Source of the DNA: Lytechinus pictus
Taxonomy: Eukaryota
Assembly: GCF_037042905.1 (NCBI RefSeq)
Contig: NC_087245.1
Coordinates: 20,586,001-20,650,000 of the forward strand
Reading direction: 5' to 3'
Length of the DNA: 64,000 nt
Shown here: positions 38,031 through 51,105 of the stretch, one piece after another
Layout of the letters: each line of letters opens with the position of its first letter
Numbering within the stretch: the first letter of the stretch is position 1
Program-made: the position numbers and the translations under genes
Notes under the pieces: generated by a model
Seen by the model: the letters and a program-made list of their open reading frames with translations, nothing else
What the model was told of the DNA's origin: nothing
The model's database searches: none

Positions 38031-38632
38031 CAGTGCGTCCCAGAAAAAACGAAACCAAGATTTAGCGATGATTCATCATAACTTAATCACAAATACAATA
38101 AACTAATGACCTACCAATGTAAAGCTTAGAATCTCCTCTTTCATCTGATATTACTTAGATTATTCCTCATTCACGCATGAGTGAGCAAAAACAATTTGAA
38201 GAAAGGATACCAAAAACTCATTTGGCGGGGTGTATCTGAATTTCAAAAAGAAAATCACATGTCTTAAAAGTTCAATATCTGCTCTTTAATTTGATACCTC
38301 AATTACAGAAAATGGTCAAGAAATAACAAAGTTCTGGTTATTTGAAATAAGGCTTGAATTTCCATAATTTCGTTAAATAAACTGTTTTCACCGGTTTCCC
38401 ACAGAAGCTATTGCATGGTTAACAAAAGACTTAATGCATGGCTGATCGTAAACAAAACGGAGTGTCGAGTGAGTTTGAACGCTAGCCTGTAAAACCTCTT
38501 CATTTTATGAAATTATTGAAATTATTGAGATTCTAAGCTTTACATTGATAGGCCATTTGTCTATTTTATTTGTGATTAAGTTATGATAAATCATCGCTAA
38601 ATCTCGGTTTCGTTTTTTTCTGGGACGCACTG
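38031..38632. mobile_element. Tc1/mariner-type MITE
   Basis: TA|cagtgcgtcccagaaaaaa ... ttttttctgggacgcactg|TA with about 100-bp imperfect TIRs. Confidence 0.85.
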
Positions 38633-40617
38633 TACAGGACAGCGATCCAGGGGTCAGGCTCTTTTGTAAGCCTAATTTCTGTATTTCGAGTATCCCATAA
38701 TAAAGTGCCCCAAATGCTGGGTATCACTTCGAAAACTTTCTCCCGGCCACATTCCCTGGGGACATCTTATAAAGAAGTTTGTACCGTTGATATCATTTAC
38801 ATTCAAATGTATTTAAAATTTTAAGAATATCGCGCTCTAATGATTTTTTTCGCACGATCACTTGGCTCACTTCCGTAAAAAATGAAACGCCTCGAAAAAT
38901 TAAAGCAAGTCGTCTACAAATACATGTACAACACCAATCAGATCCTGATGTGTGTTACACGTAGATGAATGGTTATGAAAAACATGCAAGCATTTTTGTT
39001 TTTTGTTCTCTTGCTCGGTCGCCACGCTCCCTCGCTTAAAATTAGAAACAATATTATTTTGGGGGCCAGGGATGGGGGATAAGCTGCTTAGTCAGATCAG
39101 TATAGTCGTCCACGCACAAATTATGCTCCCCATTATAGGCCATTTCCATTGTGTTGGATAAACCAACGTCAACAATTTCTCACGCCCTTGTAGAAGCCCC
39201 ACCATTAGTTTTGGTCTTGAACGGCGCCTGACATGCATCACTATCACCATCATCTATACTACAACATATTAAACCACCATCATCACCCTTGTTACCATAA
39301 CCACCATCTCCATCATTATCAGCACCACCAATAATATCAACGAGCATCACCATCATCTATACCACAACGAATTGAACCATACACCATCATCATATTTTGT
39401 ATCACCACCATCACTATAACCAATATTAAAATGTATCACCATAATTACCGCCGCACCCCACCACCACGGACGCCACTACGTCACTCCCTGTTTTATTTTA
39501 ATAATTAACAGCATGATATATTCTTGTGATTTACTCATAAACACATAAAAAAATAACATTTAAATGTATAGATGAAGTTGCAAAATGTTTTTAATATTAC
39601 TATCAGCATATTTCATGTTAGTAAAGTTACGCTAAGGCATACATGCACTGTAAAAACTGTGGTGTCAAAACTGACACCAGTTGGTGTTAATAGAGGACCA
39701 CACCCTGAGGTGTAAAAATTACACCCTAGAAATTGAACATAGCACCAAAGAGTGTAAATGTAACAACCAAAGGTGTTGTATAACACCTATAGGTGTTAAA
39801 CTAACACTGCCAATTTAACACCGGTGTAAAATTACTGCTGTGGTCCTCTATGTACACCAGTTAACATCATGGTTTTTGCTGTGTGTGCGTTGAGGGGTTA
39901 AGTAGTAAATAAAACGGGTATTTCGTACTGTGTTAGTTCCTTTAGATAAAGAGCCATTTGATAATCTTACATCTCGAGCACATGCATCTCGTGCTAGACT
40001 GCTATTGTTTGGCGTTTAATCTATCTCGTCTTATAGTTTGGAATACTTCCTCTGTTTTATCTTGAATAAAATACTACGACAATTTATAGATACCAGTGAC
40101 TTCTCCGTCACAATTGTATTTGATCTTGATGGAGGTATTACCTGAGGAAATGAGGAAATGTTTTGGGGAAATGTTAAAAGATTAAATAAAACAAATATCT
40201 TCCAATCAACATTCTTAGGTAGGCCTAACATTATACCTAGTGGTTGTGTCCCGGGGTTGTGTCGGGTTTTCGTTTTTGATATATCGATTACTGAAATCCA
40301 TAAAACACTAAATTATATTGGGTTTTTTTATGAATAAAAAAAGGGTGCTCTTCATGATTAAGCACACCTTCATTTACGTAAATTGATGAAGTAATTTTTA
40401 CGAGCTTTTTAAAAGATGGACTAGGGATTGCTCACTCAATGGGAATTTGTCGATAGTCATATTATCATTCGCGTAAAGAGATATATTGTACATTTAAAGG
40501 TAATAGGGTAATAACGTGTTTTTTAAATCATTTTATAAGATATTTTCAAAGTGTAAATTTGCCTTGACATGCACTATATTCAGGAGAAAACGTGGAATAG
40601 AATGAACGCTGATGTCT

Positions 40618-41132
40618 TTAATCCCTTCTTCCACTCCTCATGGCAGCATCGTATGCTTTGTGCAAGATACCATCGGTCATTCGACCCATCCCTTCGGGGA
40701 TTCGTCGGTGATCTCCGGACAGAATCGCCTCGAGCAGACTGCGTTCGTTTTCCATTCGGCTCGGGTCGATCATTCTCTCTCGCTTGTTCTGGGAGGACCT
40801 CGGCGCTTGTGGTCGGCGGACCGGAACGTTGCTCGGGATTCTTCGGCTGGATTGAAGACGAGTTCGAGGGTTGGCTGGAATTCCATCCCCATACCTAGTA
40901 CGAACTGGTCTTGACCGAGTTTCGGTTTTCTGTGCCTTAGGTGTGACCGTAAGATTGGTGTCGTTACAAAACGATGGTGGTGTGAAGACGGACATGTTTG
41001 CTACATTTTCCCGGAGATCAAAGAACCTGGTACTGACCGATTGAATCATGGTCTTGTTTTCGTCCTTCTCCATGAATATCTCGGTCACAGGCCAGCAGCC
41101 ATTATCGGTAAATGTACCGATCCAGCTCTCTT
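40618..41132 (-). CDS. Ependymin-related protein B, exon 3: ependymin C-terminal part plus Arg-rich tail
   Basis: ttttctcatgcAG acceptor. (K)ESWIGTFTDNGCWPVTE...VFTPPSFC, then a 115-aa basic extension to TAA. Confidence 0.9.
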
Positions 41133-41267
41133 CTGCATGAGAAAATCATGAAAAAGCAAATAAGCAAGAATCAGGAACAAATATCCCTTTTTCTATTTTG
41201 GGACAATGCTTAAGAAGCTATATACTTTGTTCGTAAACATGATAAAGAAGAAAAAAGTGTTACTTAC

Positions 41268-41473
41268 TTTGCCTTCCTGGGATTCTGTCAGACCACTCCT
41301 GCACCATGAAGCCATTTCCTGGAGCACCAATCTCGTAGTAGTCTTCCAGAGTGGCATCAGATGGAATGGTGAAGTTGCGCCATGTTCCTAGCTGTTCCAC
41401 TGTGCATGTGTTGTAGTTGTGATTGATGACGTATTGTATCCCTTCATCATAAAGCATGATGTACTCGTAGATC
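41268..41473 (-). CDS. Ependymin-related protein B, exon 2
   Basis: ttcccctatatAG acceptor and A|gtaagt donor, phase 2/1. Encodes IYEYIMLYDEGIQYVINHNYNTC...YEIGAPGNGFMVQEWSDR. Confidence 0.93.
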
Positions 41474-41489
41474 CTATATAGGGGAAATA

Positions 41490-41800
41490 ATAATGATAAT
41501 GAAAATAATAATAACAATAATAATAATTATATGCAACATTTATATAGCGCTTAATACAATGTTTCTAAGCGCTGCATACTATTACCCCGGTTTTAGCACG
41601 ACTATACCTGATCGGGCGCTATATAGAGCATTCAAGGATTTTTTTTTCCTACCGGGTACCCACTTAATTACTACACCTGTATGGAAAGTGGCAAATGTTG
41701 ATAAACGTATTGTCAAATGACGCGAGTTCCATGGTGCATTCGAACCCCGGACCTTGTGGTTCAAAGTCCGGAGACTTATCCACTGAGCCACAACACCAAC
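41490..41800 (-). mobile_element. tRNA-derived SINE in intron 1 of ependymin gene B
   Basis: - strand reads TGTGGCTCAGTGGATAAG...GGGTTCGAATGC, aagtgggtaccc, gcgctatataaatg and a (TTA)n tail. Confidence 0.8.
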
Positions 41801-42427
41801 GTATTTAGTTGTGATGTTTTTGTTACCAAGCATTTAAGACCCTTTGCATGATAATTATTTTGAGGTTAGATAAGTTTGCTTTACATCCCAGCGACTAGCC
41901 GACCGATTTAAATATCATGATTTTGTTCGAATTTTCATTACTATTGGACACATTTGACTTAATTGTTAACATGCAAAATTTATCAACAAATTTATCAGGC
42001 CTACCAATTCGACAACATCGATATTGAGTATGATTTCGCGAAATAAACGGAATTTCAATTATCCAACTATCGGTCCCATGTGAAATTCATCAACAGGTAT
42101 TTTAAAAGGGGCATGACGACCCAAAGATGACGTCACTACTTTCTATAAGGGGTTTAATAGAGCTACTTGACCTACACCTCGCTTTTTATATTCGTATTTT
42201 TCTCTTTCTTTGTCCTTCCTCTTTCCACCTCTTTTTCCGAGTATTTTCTTTCTTTATTTCGCTACTTACAAAAAAAAAAAAAATACAGGGGCTGTCGTCC
42301 CTGACCCCCCCCCCCCCCCCGTTTCAGGGACCATGAAAGATATAGATACCTATATATGGTGTTGACATGTTTTGCATTACACAAATCTAATAATTAGAAT
42401 GATGTTGTGTTTTTTTTTATTTAATTG

Positions 42428-42665
42428 AAGTAGCATTGAAAACTTTTAATCGAATTGCTCTTTTGATATTAAGAATTATATGAAATCGTTTGAACATTTA
42501 CAAAATTGACATTGGTCAATGGAAAAGTCCCCCCCCCAAAAAAAAAAGTAGCATTGAAAACTTTTAATCGAATTGCTCTTTTGATATTAAGAATTATATG
42601 AAATCGTTTGAACATTTACAAAATTGGCATTGGTCAATGGAAAAGTCCCCCCCCAAAAAAAAAAA
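42428..42665. repeat. Tandem duplication (~118 bp x2)
   Basis: aagtagcattgaaaacttttaatcg...ggaaaagtcccccccc aaaa repeated almost exactly. Confidence 0.9.
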
Positions 42666-42846
42666 AAAATCAGCAACAGCGGGGGAAGGCAATTCAGACA
42701 AATATTTGTTTATTTAATGGCAGCTCCCCCGCTTCATCACCGACACACCCCCTCCTTCTCTCTCCATTTCTCTCTCTCAGACTAAATCGTGTCCCACGCC
42801 AACTCATATTCATCCATGTATAACTCCCAAGTCCCAACACGCACCC

Positions 42847-42885
<39 letters not shown>

Positions 42886-43464
42886 CACACACACAACACT
42901 CCAGACCTTCACACCTTTGTATACTCTCTCATACAATTTCAAAGGGATCATCATCATCATCAAAACACCCACACTGAAAGAAAACAGTAATTTAACACAA
43001 TTTAGGAGGTTACTTGAAGTAGAGTAAAGATGAGTTCAAGGATCACAATCAGGGGCCCGTATAACACAAAGCTTAACAATCATCAGGGGCCGCGGAAGCG
43101 GGGAGGGGGCTTCAGCCCCTCCCCCTACTTTTTTCCAAAACCGTGTACAATTACGTAAAAATGACCATATTATGATTGTGATTTTTTGCATGGTCAGCCC
43201 CCCCCCCCCCCAACTTTGAAAACCGTTCCGCGGCCCCTGATGATCAAAAAACATAATGATGACGATTGACTTCATTGACTATACCATGTACAATCAATCG
43301 TGAAAATCAAGCGTACGATTAATCGCTAAGTTTCGTGTTACGGCACCCTGGTGTCCTTTTTAATTGCTGCATAATTATAGCCCATCGATATTCATATTGA
43401 TATCGATGATAAAAAAAGTCACAGGGTAACCAGGGTATCATGCACAATACGGAAACCGCCTTAA

Positions 43465-44044
43465 AGGGATGGTCCGGGCTGGAAGTATTTATAGCTAAAT
43501 TAATAGTTGAATTCACTGAGCAAAATGCCAAAAATTTCATCAAAATCGGATAACAAATAACAAAGTTTTTGAATTTTAAACTTTAGCAATATTTTGTGAA
43601 AACAGTCGTCATGAATATTCATTAGGTGGGCTGATGATGTCACATCCCCACTTGTTCTTTTGTATTTTATTATATGAAATTAGGTTTATTCAAATTTTTT
43701 CCTCCAAGAACTAGAAGAAAGGGATTGACAGCTGATTTAGTGCATTAGATATTTATTGCTGCAATGTATTTCATTACAAGGGAGACATATTATTCACACA
43801 AGTATGAAATAATGAAAAAATTATGATTTTATGTAATAACATAAGAAAACCGAAAGTGGGGATGTGACATCATCAGCCCACCTAATAAATATTCATGACG
43901 ACTGTTTTCACAAAATATTGCTAAACTTTAAACTTCAATAACTTTATTATTTATTATCCGATTTTAAAGAAATTTTCGGCATTTTGCTCAGTGAATTCTA
44001 CTCTATGTATTAAGATATAAATATTTCCAGCCCGGACCATCCCT
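43465..44044. mobile_element. TTAA-flanked (Kolobok-like) MITE with ~190-bp TIRs
   Basis: agggatggtccgggctggaa ... ttccagcccggaccatccct, with IRs extending to gatgatgtcacatccccactt. Confidence 0.8.
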
Positions 44045-44592
44045 TAAAACCGCGCGATCCAGGGTCCGCTATAACGTACCAACGTTATTCTCGAACGCTT
44101 CCGGTCATTGAGCATTATCGGGGGGGGGGGGCAGATTCTAGTACATGGCTATTCAGAAGAATCTGAAAAGGATGATTTAAAAAAAAATATATAAAAAATT
44201 GCAAGGGACTAATTTAAGAAAAAGAAATTGTAAATGTTTTTCAAAAGTTCGGGCTAATCACTTATTACCAGACTATTTAAGTGATTTAAGACATGGATAA
44301 GATAGTAAGGGACCATCAAAATCCTACTATCAGGAAATTATTCATCATTTTATCGCTTTTATCTTCCTTTATTTCTTGCGATCTCCTGCTAAGTAAACCA
44401 TTATTTTGAATAAGAGTTGCACCATTGCGCAGGGGGGTATACATGTATACTAGATGATCAACAAAAGTTTATTAATTTATTTCTTTATTCATTTATTTAT
44501 TTATCTATTCATTCATTTATAAATGATGAACGAAATATTTTTCAAAATTTGGTGAAATTAGCTTTGATAATTGTGTTAATTGAATATCTCAC

Positions 44593-45038
44593 CTTTTCCC
44601 TGGAAGCTGGGCGTGTTTATCTTCCATGATCCGCTTTCTTCTGTTAACGCCATCGAATGTGATGTTGAAACGGTTGTTTATGCCCTGGATGTGATCCCAC
44701 TCGCTGGCTCTTCCCTCCCATTGCTCTGGGGTGTGGCAAGGGGTGGCGCCCACGGCTGGTCTAAGCCTTGATGCTGTCTGGGCATTGTCTATTGGTTCGG
44801 CGTTGACTGGTTCGTAAACGAACTCATCATTAGGCCTATACCGATTTATTGGGACTTCATCGATGTCGGGGTTACTAACGCGTACCTTGATCGGCCTACG
44901 ATGAAAATCACGAGCTTGGTGTGGTTGGAGTATGGCCCGAGCTTTTCCGAACGCCTTCCCGACATCGACCCGTCCCAAAACGATGCCGAGAGACCCAAGA
45001 AAGATAAGGATAACGAGATCCCTTGTTGGTGCCATCAT
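44593..45038 (-). CDS. Ependymin-related protein B, exon 1: signal peptide, N-terminal extension, start of ependymin domain
   Basis: MMAPTRDLVILIFLGSLGIVLG signal peptide and PCHTPEQWEGR motif. AG|gtgaga donor, phase 2. Joined CDS is 446+206+515=1167 nt, giving 388 aa. Confidence 0.92.
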
Positions 45039-45796
45039 TGCAAACGCGATTGTCGCGTTCTCAAAATGAAATGATACAGTTTTGGGAAAATGTTTTTGCT
45101 ATTAACAATGGGCGGATAGAGAGTGTTGATACAGGTCATAGGCAAGGTTATCGTATTATGATTTTTACAGGAAACAAAGGTGTATGAGAGTTCGGGTAAA
45201 GAGGTACCTGGCGGAGAAAATACATGAGGGGAGGGGTAATTCCGATTTTTCTTCCCCTTCTCCACTTCTTATACATCTCCTTCTTCTTCTTTCCATGACA
45301 TGCGACTCATTCCAGAAGTTGGACAATAAAATGCCAGCAGTCATGACTTTTATTTAGTCATGTCGTTATTGAATGAACAGTAACGCAAAATATGCAAATA
45401 ATTATTTCATTTGAGATTTGGGCATACTTAGGACAGGACCCCTGTGAAAATAAAAGCACGTGCTGGATCGATCAGATTTACACGCAGAAGAAGATGAGTG
45501 TAAAACATTGTGCCTAATCATTTTGCCCAACAGTGGGATAGATTTAGAAAGAAAAGGGGAAGCTACTTTTTGTGTTGTGTCTAGGACCGTGATTTTTTTT
45601 ATCTCACCAGATCGAAAATTCAGTAGTGTAATCAGGTACTTTCTATATAACAGCGGTGGTGTTAGGAGGCTAGAGAGCGAGCCCCCCCCCCCTGATTTTC
45701 AAGCAATAGAAAAATAGAAAATTAGAAAAGGGAAGTTCAAAGGAGGAGTTTGGACAAAATGGTGGTTTGGTACCTGCAAAACATTTGTATTAAAAC

Positions 45797-48601
45797 CAGG
45801 GGCGGAAATCTCTCCCAAAAGGTAGGGGGGACACAGGGGCGGATCCAACCTTCGCTAATAGGGGGGGGGCGGAAATTTGTTTCAGTCATATTTTCCCCGA
45901 TCGGCAGCTCGAAGATAATTTGTGTTTGTTTCTTTGAAGGGGTAGTCCCCATTAGTCACTTCTAAGCTTTATTCTTATAAATTCATATATAATATCATAA
46001 TCCTTATTTATATGATGCGAGCGCGAAGCGCGAGCTACTTTTTGGAAATTTTATGTATTTTTTCCTAAAATTTGAACATTCTGGGCAGTGTTTGTTATCC
46101 TGAAAAAATGTGTATGCAACTTAATAATTACTACGAACGCAAAGAGCGAGCAGAAATGAACTGATGGAAAAGATACCTGTTAAAGACCGCGTGCAGTTAG
46201 CATTTAAAAATCAAATAATGCGAGCGCGAAGCGCGAGCTGATTTTTTTTTGACATTTTCACCTAAAGAATGGAAATTCTAAGCACTTTTTGTAACTCAAG
46301 CAGAATAGGTATATAAGTAGACAATTGATGCGAGCGCGAAGCGCGAGCGGAAAATTTCGAGATTGAGTCTTATAATATTTACTGAACGAGACACTCTATT
46401 CATGTTTTGTAAATCATGAAAAGGATGAGTATTAATAAAGCGAGCGCAAAGCGCGAGCAGAAAATTTTTATATACGTTTTGAAATGGTACCTGTTGAAAA
46501 TGTACCTGTTTTATTTATTTTTTTATTTATTTCAAATATTTAAAAGAAGGGTAGCTCAATCAGCAACAAGCTGGTTTTCGTTGAGGCCCTTCGTGAACAA
46601 ACACAAATATAAAACATGGTAACATATTCAAGTATAAACAAAGAATAGAGCATAAATACTAATATTGAAAAAAAAAATGAAATGAAATAAGCATAATTAA
46701 CTATGGAAAATAACAGAACAAATAAAATATGATACTGTACAGATGTTACCTAAAACTAAACGAAAACATTATATACACATGAAAAGAGATAAAATATTAC
46801 AAAATGAGGAGAAATACCTGTTAAGGACTGCTTGCGCTTGAAGGCGTTACATATTTCAACAATCAAAAAATGCTGCGAGTGCAAAGCGCGAGCTGAAATT
46901 TTTTGATAATTTCTAAAAAAAGAATGGATTTTTTAAATCAATTTTTGTACTCGTGAACAGGATAGCTATATAATTCAACAATTGATGCGAGCGCGAAGAT
47001 CAAGCAGAAAACAAAAATTGAGATTTTAGACCTTAAAATGGGCCACTCTGTTCATGTTTTGTAAACAGCCATAGGCTGATCGAGGGCTTTTTACCGTGTT
47101 TAAATAAAATAAATAAATCAAAATCAATGTTTTGTAAATCATGAAAAGGATGAGTAATATCTTCCTACATATAATGCGAGCACAAAGCGCGAGCAGAAAC
47201 ATTTTGATATTGTGATCTGAAACTGGATAATGATTTAAATAGAGAACAAGTTGAGTATTTGAATAAACATGCGCGCGTGTTTCAATTTAGACCTAGAATC
47301 TGGGCATTCTAAATACATCTTTAATCATGAAAATCATGAAACTTTGATATTCCGATCTGAAAAAAGAGTCAATTACAGCTTTATATTTCAAGCACTTTGT
47401 AAGAAAATGTTAAGGTGGATATGGATCGCACTAAAAAAAAAAGCTAAAATTTTATTTTCATTATTATTACTTTGAGTTTTGACATAGGACTGGGACATCC
47501 CGACGCCATGTCATGAAAATGATGACTATCTTCCTATTCCTCTTGCTAAGCGCGAGATGAAACAAAATGGACAATTTAATTATCAAATTAATATCATATT
47601 TATTAATGCCTAATGAGGGCGCGAAATCTGATGATATTATGGCATAAAAACTGGACATTTCACTTTTGTTATTATGAATAGGATGCATATATTTTTAACC
47701 ATTGATGCGAGCCCAAATCGCGAGCTAAATTTTTTGATAAACTGTCATGAAAAGGGGATTTTCAGTAGTTTGTTGTATAATCAATATTGAATCATACATA
47801 ACTCGCCTATCAAAATGCCAGCGTGCAGCGCTAGCTGATACGTCTTGACAATCAGACCTGAAAAAGGATATTTTGAAAACTTTATGGAATACACGAAAAT
47901 AATAGGTACCTGATAAATCAAAATTTGCGAGCACGCAGCGCAAGCAGCAAATGTTGATAAAATTATTCAGACCATAAAACTGACATTTTTACAGAGCTCT
48001 TTTTAAAAATCAATTTGTAAATCACACAAAATAAGGAAAGTTCGATTTCCGAGGTGAAATATGTTTTGTATATTGACTTCCAAACTTGATATTTGAGCTC
48101 CATATTGAACAAGATATGTAAATCACCTGACAGGCAATGCGAGCGCGAAGCGAGAGCGAAAATTTTATATAGTGGCACGAAAGATTCTTTTTATTTTCCA
48201 AGTCTTCCCCTCATCTTATTTTATGCACTCGTCGTCCTTCTCTTCTTTTTCTCCTCTATTTTCCCTCCTTTTTTCCTTTTCCTTCTTTCTTTCCCTTTTT
48301 TCTTTTTTTAATCCGCCAATAGGGGGGGTGGGGGCCTCGGCCCCCCTGGATCCGCCTATGGGGACAACGGACAAGGGGCGGGAAAATTTGACAAGCAAAA
48401 AAAAGGTTATCATCCCAAAAGTACGGTCATCTCGTCCCAACTCGTCCCAAGATACATGTTTTATTTCGATTTAGAATGATGTATTTCTTACCATCATAAA
48501 AGACAAAAAATAGTAGGGGGGACATTTGATATTGTGTCCCCCCTACTATTTTGAGTAGGGGGGACACGTCCCCCCTGTCCCCCCTGGGATTTCCGCCCAT
48601 G
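45797..48601. mobile_element. hAT-like MITE (8-bp TSD) split by a 2.5-kb nested element
   Basis: caggggcggaaatc / gatttccgcccatg ends with perfect TSD ATTAAAAC (45789-45796, 48602-48609). Confidence 0.8.
45834..48360. mobile_element. 2.5-kb non-autonomous DNA element with a GCGAGCGCGAAGCGCGAGC motif array
   Basis: caggggcggatcca / tggatccgcctatg ends with 6-bp TSD GGGACA. Confidence 0.8.
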
Positions 48602-48826
48602 ATTAAAACTACATTAAGAGGCCGACTATTGTGCAAGAACAATGGCCCCTGAAATGGTGTCTAATCCGGCTGGATACGCGCTTGATGAGGGGACCTCACC
48701 GAGCATGTAGTATTTAATGGACTTGTACAACCAAGGTTCAACACCCATTTGTGTTAATCGGTTTGTTATGTCGACACTGTTTGGTGTTTTATATATTCAA
48801 ATTCCATAGTGTATTGTAACACCTAT

Positions 48827-51105
48827 CAGGGGCGGATCCAACAAGGGAAGGGGTGCAATTTGTTTACACCCATATTTTCCCCGATCGGCCGCTCAAAGTT
48901 GGTTTTTGTTTGGATCTTTGAAGGGGTAGTACTTCTTAGCTATATAAAACAACATTAATATATAATTATCTCCTAAGCCCTATTTATATAGTGTGAGCGC
49001 GAAGCGCGAGCTAATTTTTTGGGGGAAATTTCATGTATTTTGTCCTGAAAATTGAACATTCTTGGCAATGTATGTGATCCTGAACAAGATGCGTATGTAA
49101 CTATATTATTACTGCGAGCTTGAAGCGCGGCGAGCAGAAATGTGCCATTTACGTTCTGGTCTGATCGAAAAGGGACCTGTTAAGAACTGTTGGCAGTCAG
49201 CCATGAATACGATACATATTTCAAGAATCAAATAACGCGAGCGCGAAGCGCGAGCAGAAATGTTTCATATATGTTCTGGCCGGATCGAAAAGAGACCTGT
49301 TAAGAACTGTTGGCAGTCAGTCATGAATACCATACATATTTCAAGAATCAAATAATTCGAGCGCAAAGCGCGAGCAGAAATATTTCATATACGTTCTGGT
49401 CTGATCGAAAAGGGGCCTGTTAATAACTGTTTACAGTCAGCCATGAATACGATACATATTACAAGAATAAAATAATGCGAGCTCGAAGCGCGAGCAAATT
49501 TTTTTTTGACATCCCGACATAAAAAATAAGTACTCTTTTTGCAATTATGAACAGGATAGGTACATAAGTAAACAATGCGAGCGGAAAAAAATGAGTTAGA
49601 CTTAAAAGCGGGACACTCTCGTGTATTGAAAATCATGAAAATTATCGGTAAGTTACATTAATAATGCGAGCGCGAAGCGCAAGCGGAAAATGAGAGTTAG
49701 ACCTAAAAGCGGGACACTCTCATGTTTTGTAAATCATGAAAAGGATGGGTAATTAATGTATGTTCCTACATATTCTGATCTGAAACTGGGTAATCTAAGC
49801 ATGTTACAAATGGAGAACAAGTTGCGAGTCTCAATAAACATTCGTGCGCGTGTATTAGACTTAGAATCTTGGCATTCTAAATACATTTTTATTCATGAAA
49901 ATCAATAATGCGAGCGCGAAGCGTGAGCTGAAAATCTTTGGTATTCCGATCTGAAAATGTGTCAATTTAAGCACTAATTCGAGACTGTAGGAAAATTGTG
50001 AAGTGGATATGGCTCGCACTTAATAAATTATGCGAACGCTAAGCGTGAGCTGATATTTTTATTAGACCTATTATTATTTTGACCTAGGACCGGGACATAC
50101 TAAGGACATTTTATCATCATATGAAAAATGATGACTGTCTTCCTATTCCTCTTCCTAAGTGTGTGATAATGCTTGTCGATATTTCCTTCTGAAAAAGGGA
50201 AAATTTAATTATAAGGAATTCATAAAATGTTATCATCTTATTTTTTATGTAATAAGCCTAACGAGAGCGCAAAACTTGTTGATATTAAGGCCTGAAAATA
50301 TGACATTTTAAGTACTTTTGTAATTGTGAATAGGACGCATGAGTTAATACATATTTTTAAGAATTACTGCGATCGCAAATCGCGAGCCAAAATTTTTGAT
50401 AAACTGTCATGAAAAGGGAATTTTAAATAGTTTGTTATAATATTACTCTAGAGGTATACATTACTCACCAATCAAAATGCGAGTGCGCAGCGCTAGCTGA
50501 TATATTTTGACAATCTGACGTGAAAAGAGGTATTTTCAATTTGAGAACTTTATGGAATACACGAAGGGAATATGTACTTGAAAAATCAAATGCGAATGCG
50601 CAGCGCTAGCTGATAGATTTTGACAATCTGACGTGAAAAGAGATATTTTGAGAACTTTATGGAATACACGAAGGGAATATGTACTTGAAAAATCAAATGC
50701 GAATGCGCAGCGCGATGTTGATACTTAGACAATAAAACGGACCTTTAACAGAGCACTTTTTGAAAATCGATTTGTAAATCAAACAAAATAAAGAAAGCCC
50801 GATTTCCGAGCTGAAATATATTTCGTATATTGACTTCAAAACTTGACACTTTAAGCTCCATATTGGCCTGTTTATTGAGCAGATATGTATCTCATCCAAT
50901 ATGTAATGCGAGCGCGAAGCGCGAGCGAAAATTTTATATAGTGATATGAAAGATTTTTTTTAATTTCTTCCCCTCACCTTGTTTTATTCAATCGTCACCT
51001 TCCTGCCCTTTTTTCTACTCCCTTTTCCCTTCTTTTCCTTATTTTCTTTTCCCCCTTTTTTTTTTGCTCATGGGGGGGGGGGGGGGGGGGCTGGATCCGC
51101 CTATG
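48827..51105. mobile_element. Second, diverged copy of the 45834-48360 element
   Basis: Same termini and colinear internal sequence, with internal tandem duplications (about 122 bp x3 at 49130-49500; about 110 bp x2 at 50477-50710). Confidence 0.8.

Noticed and set aside
46016..50930. Repeat-spacer pattern resembling a CRISPR array
   Set aside because: Eukaryotic context, irregular and mutually homologous spacers, no cas genes, and it lies inside TIR elements.
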